DNA of 63,617 bases, filler included. It is 6 parts of 6 records of this genome, joined end to end, with 100 filler letters (N's around TTAATTAATTAA, not from the genome) between each part and the next. Parts side by side here need not be neighbours in the genome. Positions count along the whole stretch, not along the records: positions 57,727 to 63,617 come from DRR723986_16317; 5 more parts are not named here. One strand, 5' to 3'. Below are positions 61,014 through 63,617 of the stretch, one piece after another. How positions within the stretch are numbered: the stretch's first letter is position 1; every line of letters starts with the position of its first letter. A model generated the notes under the pieces. The model did not search any database and was not told where the DNA came from. It saw only the letters and a list, made by a program, of their open reading frames with translations. The position numbers were made by a program, and so were the translations under genes.

Positions 61014-61748
61014 TCAGGGCGTTTTTGCAGCGCGGGCCGCGAACACACCGCGTCCCAGTTCCAGAGTTTCACGTTCCAGCGCTTGCAATCCCAAGTTGAT
61101 CGCCTCTGCATCACGGGCCATGGCCGCATCTGCAATCTCTTGGTGCAGATCAGCCGCCCTGCAGCGCGACCGTGCTGTGAAGGTGATCATATTCATCAGC
61201 GGCTGCATCGCCTCAACCGCGCCAGCAAGCTGGTAGGACAAAACCGGATTTCCGGCAGCGTCAACAAGGGCACGGTGAAAGGCGACATCGGAGGCACAGA
61301 AGGCCTCGTCGCTTAAATTGGCGCTGCGCTGGCGGGCGATCTGGCTTTGCATCGCGCTCAGCTGTGCATCGGTGCGGCGCAGCGCGGCGAGGGGTGCGCA
61401 GGCGCGTTCCAGTGCAAACCGCGCCTCGCAGGCCGTCTCAAAGCTGACGTCATTCATGGACAGCAAAAGGGTAGAGGTTGTGATCTGCTGTTGCTGTGCG
61501 GCGCGAAATGTGATGCGATTGACAAAGGCACCACCCGTCGCACCACGCTGTGTGCGGATCAAGGATTGCGCGGCGAGCCGTTTCAGGGCTTCGCGCACCG
61601 TGGGGCGCGAGACACCAAAACTGTCCGCAAGCTCTGCCTCGGTGGGGAGGCGTTGATCGACGATCAGGCGGCCCGTCACAATAGCATCACGAATGGCAGC
61701 GGCGATCTGAACCGGCAAATCTGCCGGGTTTTCGGGGTCAATTTTCAT
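61014..61748 (-). CDS. GntR/FadR-family regulator divergent from dmdA (DmdR-like)
   Basis: RLPTEAELADSFGVSRPTVREALKRL HTH, FCD domain EAR.ALE..DVAFH; position matches the regulator adjacent to roseobacter dmdA. Confidence 0.9.
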   Translation of the reverse strand: MKIDPENPADLPVQIAAAIRDAIVTGRLIVDQRLPTEAELADSFGVSRPTVREALKRLAAQSLIRTQRGATGGAFVNRITFRAAQQQQITTSTLLLSMNDVSFETACEARFALERACAPLAALRRTDAQLSAMQSQIARQRSANLSDEAFCASDVAFHRALVDAAGNPVLSYQLAGAVEAMQPLMNMITFTARSRCRAADLHQEIADAAMARDAEAINLGLQALERETLELGRGVFAARAAKTP

Positions 61749-61792
61749 ATGTCTTACATTTAAAGTTTGCCGGATTATCAATTGTCTGACAT
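61749..61792. promoter_or_regulatory. Two putative GntR/FadR operator palindromes
   Basis: ATGTCTTACAT (61749-61759) and TTGTCTGACAT (61782-61792), both TGT-N3-ACA. Confidence 0.6.
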
Positions 61793-61954
61793 TAGGGAAA
61801 TTGACGTGGTTTGAAAAGGCCCTTGGAGTTTGGATCGGCAGAACCGGTCGCATCTGGCGGAAAGTAGGGTGGCAAGAGCAGATCCCTATTCATGTCATGA
61901 ATGAGAAGAATGATATAATATACTGAAAAAGAACAAATAAGTGGAGAACTTAAA

Positions 61955-62464
61955 GTGATCACACCCGAGTATGTGAAAGTCATGTCGAGGTATAACTTGT
62001 GGCAAAACAATCAGTTATACAGCGTACTTAAACAAATGGATGATGCGGAGATTGAGCGGGATCGCGGGGCATTTTTCGGCTCTATTAAGGGGACTTTGAA
62101 TCATCTGCTTTGGGGAGACCTCTTGTGGTTGTCCCGGTTTGCAGGTGGGGCGTATCCAAATATTGAAAATGCGTCACAATTCGTTGATTTGTATGCAACA
62201 ATTTCAATTTGGTCTTCAGAGCGTTTTCGATGTGACAACCGGATCATAGCTTGGGCAGAAAGCCTCAAACAGATCGACCTTATGGGGGAATTAACGTGGA
62301 AATCCAAAACGATGGACAAAGAAGTTAAGACACCACTTTCGCTATGCATCACCCATTTCTTCAATCACCAGACCCATCACCGGGGTCAGGTGCATGCAAT
62401 GCTCACCGCTGCCGGTCAAAAAGCGCCGGTAAGCGATCTTCTTTTTATGCCGGAGGACATTTGA
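61955..62464 (+). CDS. DinB family protein
   Basis: YNLWQN, RGAFFGSI.GTLNHLLWGD..WL.RF, HFFNHQTHHRGQVH; GTG start with GGAG RBS. Confidence 0.9.
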   Translation: MITPEYVKVMSRYNLWQNNQLYSVLKQMDDAEIERDRGAFFGSIKGTLNHLLWGDLLWLSRFAGGAYPNIENASQFVDLYATISIWSSERFRCDNRIIAWAESLKQIDLMGELTWKSKTMDKEVKTPLSLCITHFFNHQTHHRGQVHAMLTAAGQKAPVSDLLFMPEDI

Positions 62465-63567
62465 TGGCACTTATTTCACCTTCCCGCCGGCTGCGGCGCA
62501 CACCCTTCTCAGACGGCGTCGAAGCGGCGGGCGTCAAGGCCTATACCGTTTACAACCGGATGCTGCTGCCAACGGTCTTTGAAAGCGTTGAGGCGGATTA
62601 TCACCACCTCAAAAAGGCCGTTCAGATCTGGGATGTCTCTTGTGAACGGCAGGTTGAGCTGCGCGGGCCTGACGCGGCACAGCTGATGCAATTGCTGACG
62701 CCGCGGCCCTTGGCCAAGATGCAGGTCGGGCAATGCTACTATGTGCCGATTGTGGATGAGGCGGGCGGTATGTTGAACGATCCGGTGGCGGTCAAACTGG
62801 CCGAGGATCGGTGGTGGATCTCGATTGCGGACAGCGATCTGTTGCTTTGGGTGAAGGGCGTGGCTCTTGGCCGGGATCTGGATGTGACGATTGAAGAGCC
62901 TGACGTCAGCCCGCTTGGCGTGCAGGGGCCGCTGGCGGATGATCTGATGGCGCGGGTCTTTGGCGAGGCGGTGCGCGATGTGCGGTTCTTCCGCTTTGGC
63001 CGTTTTGATTTTCAGGGGCGGTCCCTGGTTGTGGCGCGTTCGGGTTATTCCAAACAGGGCGGATTTGAAATCTACCTAGAGGGGAGCGATCTGGGCATGC
63101 CGCTTTGGAGTGCTTTGATGGAAGCGGGGCAGGATCTGGATGTGCGGGCCGGATGTCCGAACCTGATTGAGCGGATTGAAGGCGGGCTGCTGAGTTATGG
63201 CAATGACATGACCCGCGCCAACACGCCGTTCGAATGCGGGCTGGACCGGTTCTGCAAGGTGGGGCCGGAGGCCAATTGCATTGGTCACTCCGCCTTGCAA
63301 GCCTGCGCCGAAGAAGGGCCGGTGCAGCAGATCCGCGCGATTGAGATAGCCGGGGATGCAGTGCCAGGCTGTGACCGGCTGTGGCCGTTGTTTGACGATG
63401 GCCGGCAGGTCGGGCATGTCAGTTCCGCAGTGTGGTCGCCGGACTACCAGAGCAATGTTGCCGTCGCGATGGTGCGCAAGGACCATTGGGAGCCGGGCAC
63501 GCGGTTGCAGGTGCAAACGCCGGTTGGCAAGCGCGGCGCGGTGGTGCGCGAGGGCTTTTGGGCCTGA
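62464..63567 (+). CDS. dmdA: Dimethylsulfoniopropionate demethylase (GcvT family)
   Basis: SRRLRRTPFS.GVEAAGVK.YTVYN.MLLPTVF, WDVSCERQV, GGMLNDPV, PDVSPL, GCPNLIERIEGGLLSYGNDMT closely follow roseobacter DmdA; TGATG overlap with the DinB gene. Confidence 0.92.
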   Translation: MALISPSRRLRRTPFSDGVEAAGVKAYTVYNRMLLPTVFESVEADYHHLKKAVQIWDVSCERQVELRGPDAAQLMQLLTPRPLAKMQVGQCYYVPIVDEAGGMLNDPVAVKLAEDRWWISIADSDLLLWVKGVALGRDLDVTIEEPDVSPLGVQGPLADDLMARVFGEAVRDVRFFRFGRFDFQGRSLVVARSGYSKQGGFEIYLEGSDLGMPLWSALMEAGQDLDVRAGCPNLIERIEGGLLSYGNDMTRANTPFECGLDRFCKVGPEANCIGHSALQACAEEGPVQQIRAIEIAGDAVPGCDRLWPLFDDGRQVGHVSSAVWSPDYQSNVAVAMVRKDHWEPGTRLQVQTPVGKRGAVVREGFWA

Positions 63568-63587
63568 GACAAGATCAGAGGGCAGGA

Positions 63588-63617
63588 GCGGGGGCCAGCC
63601 CCCGCACCCCCGGAGTA
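63588..63617. repeat. Rhodobacteraceae-type GC-rich palindromic dispersed repeat (truncated)
   Basis: GCGGGGGCCAGCCCCCGC hairpin followed by ACCCCCGGAGTA at the window end. Confidence 0.55.

Noticed and set aside
54176..63567. Alkyl sulfatase and dmdA as a joint organosulfur cluster
   Set aside because: They lie on different contigs from different phyla.

Overview
This window is not one replicon. It is six unrelated contigs joined by artificial 100-bp spacers (N44-TTAATTAATTAA-N44) at 7164-7263, 12927-13026, 30634-30733, 51407-51506 and 57627-57726. Contigs A (1-7163), C (13027-30633) and D (30734-51406) look like an FCB-group (Bacteroidota/Chlorobiota-like) bacterium and share dispersed repeat families, so they may come from one genome. 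They carry a MATE transporter, GT2 enzymes, a CPA1 antiporter fused to DUF389, two PPIases, three orphan histidine kinases, parE/parC, two tandem Hsp20 genes behind a sigma54-like promoter, an HNH nuclease, an lpxD/cyclic-peptide-exporter pair and a TPR-LuxR plus T9SS-cargo pair. Contigs B (7264-12926) and F (57727-63617) are Rhodobacteraceae-like, with a tRNA-Asn 3' end, ndk, the acceptor piece of a permuted tmRNA, an MCP and a GntR/DinB/dmdA DMSP-demethylation locus. Contig E (51507-57626) is Planctomycetota-like, with an ECF sigma/anti-sigma/PDZ operon, an alkyl sulfatase and an M56-ankyrin protein. The best leads are: a CxxCH-bearing double-PDZ lipoprotein in an ECF operon; a start-codon-sequestering hairpin plus uORF before a DUF2087 gene; a covarying palindrome/inverted-repeat family; a chemoreceptor downstream of the dmdA regulator; and an unannotated 44-aa protein. 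All family calls come from motif recognition by eye, not database searches.
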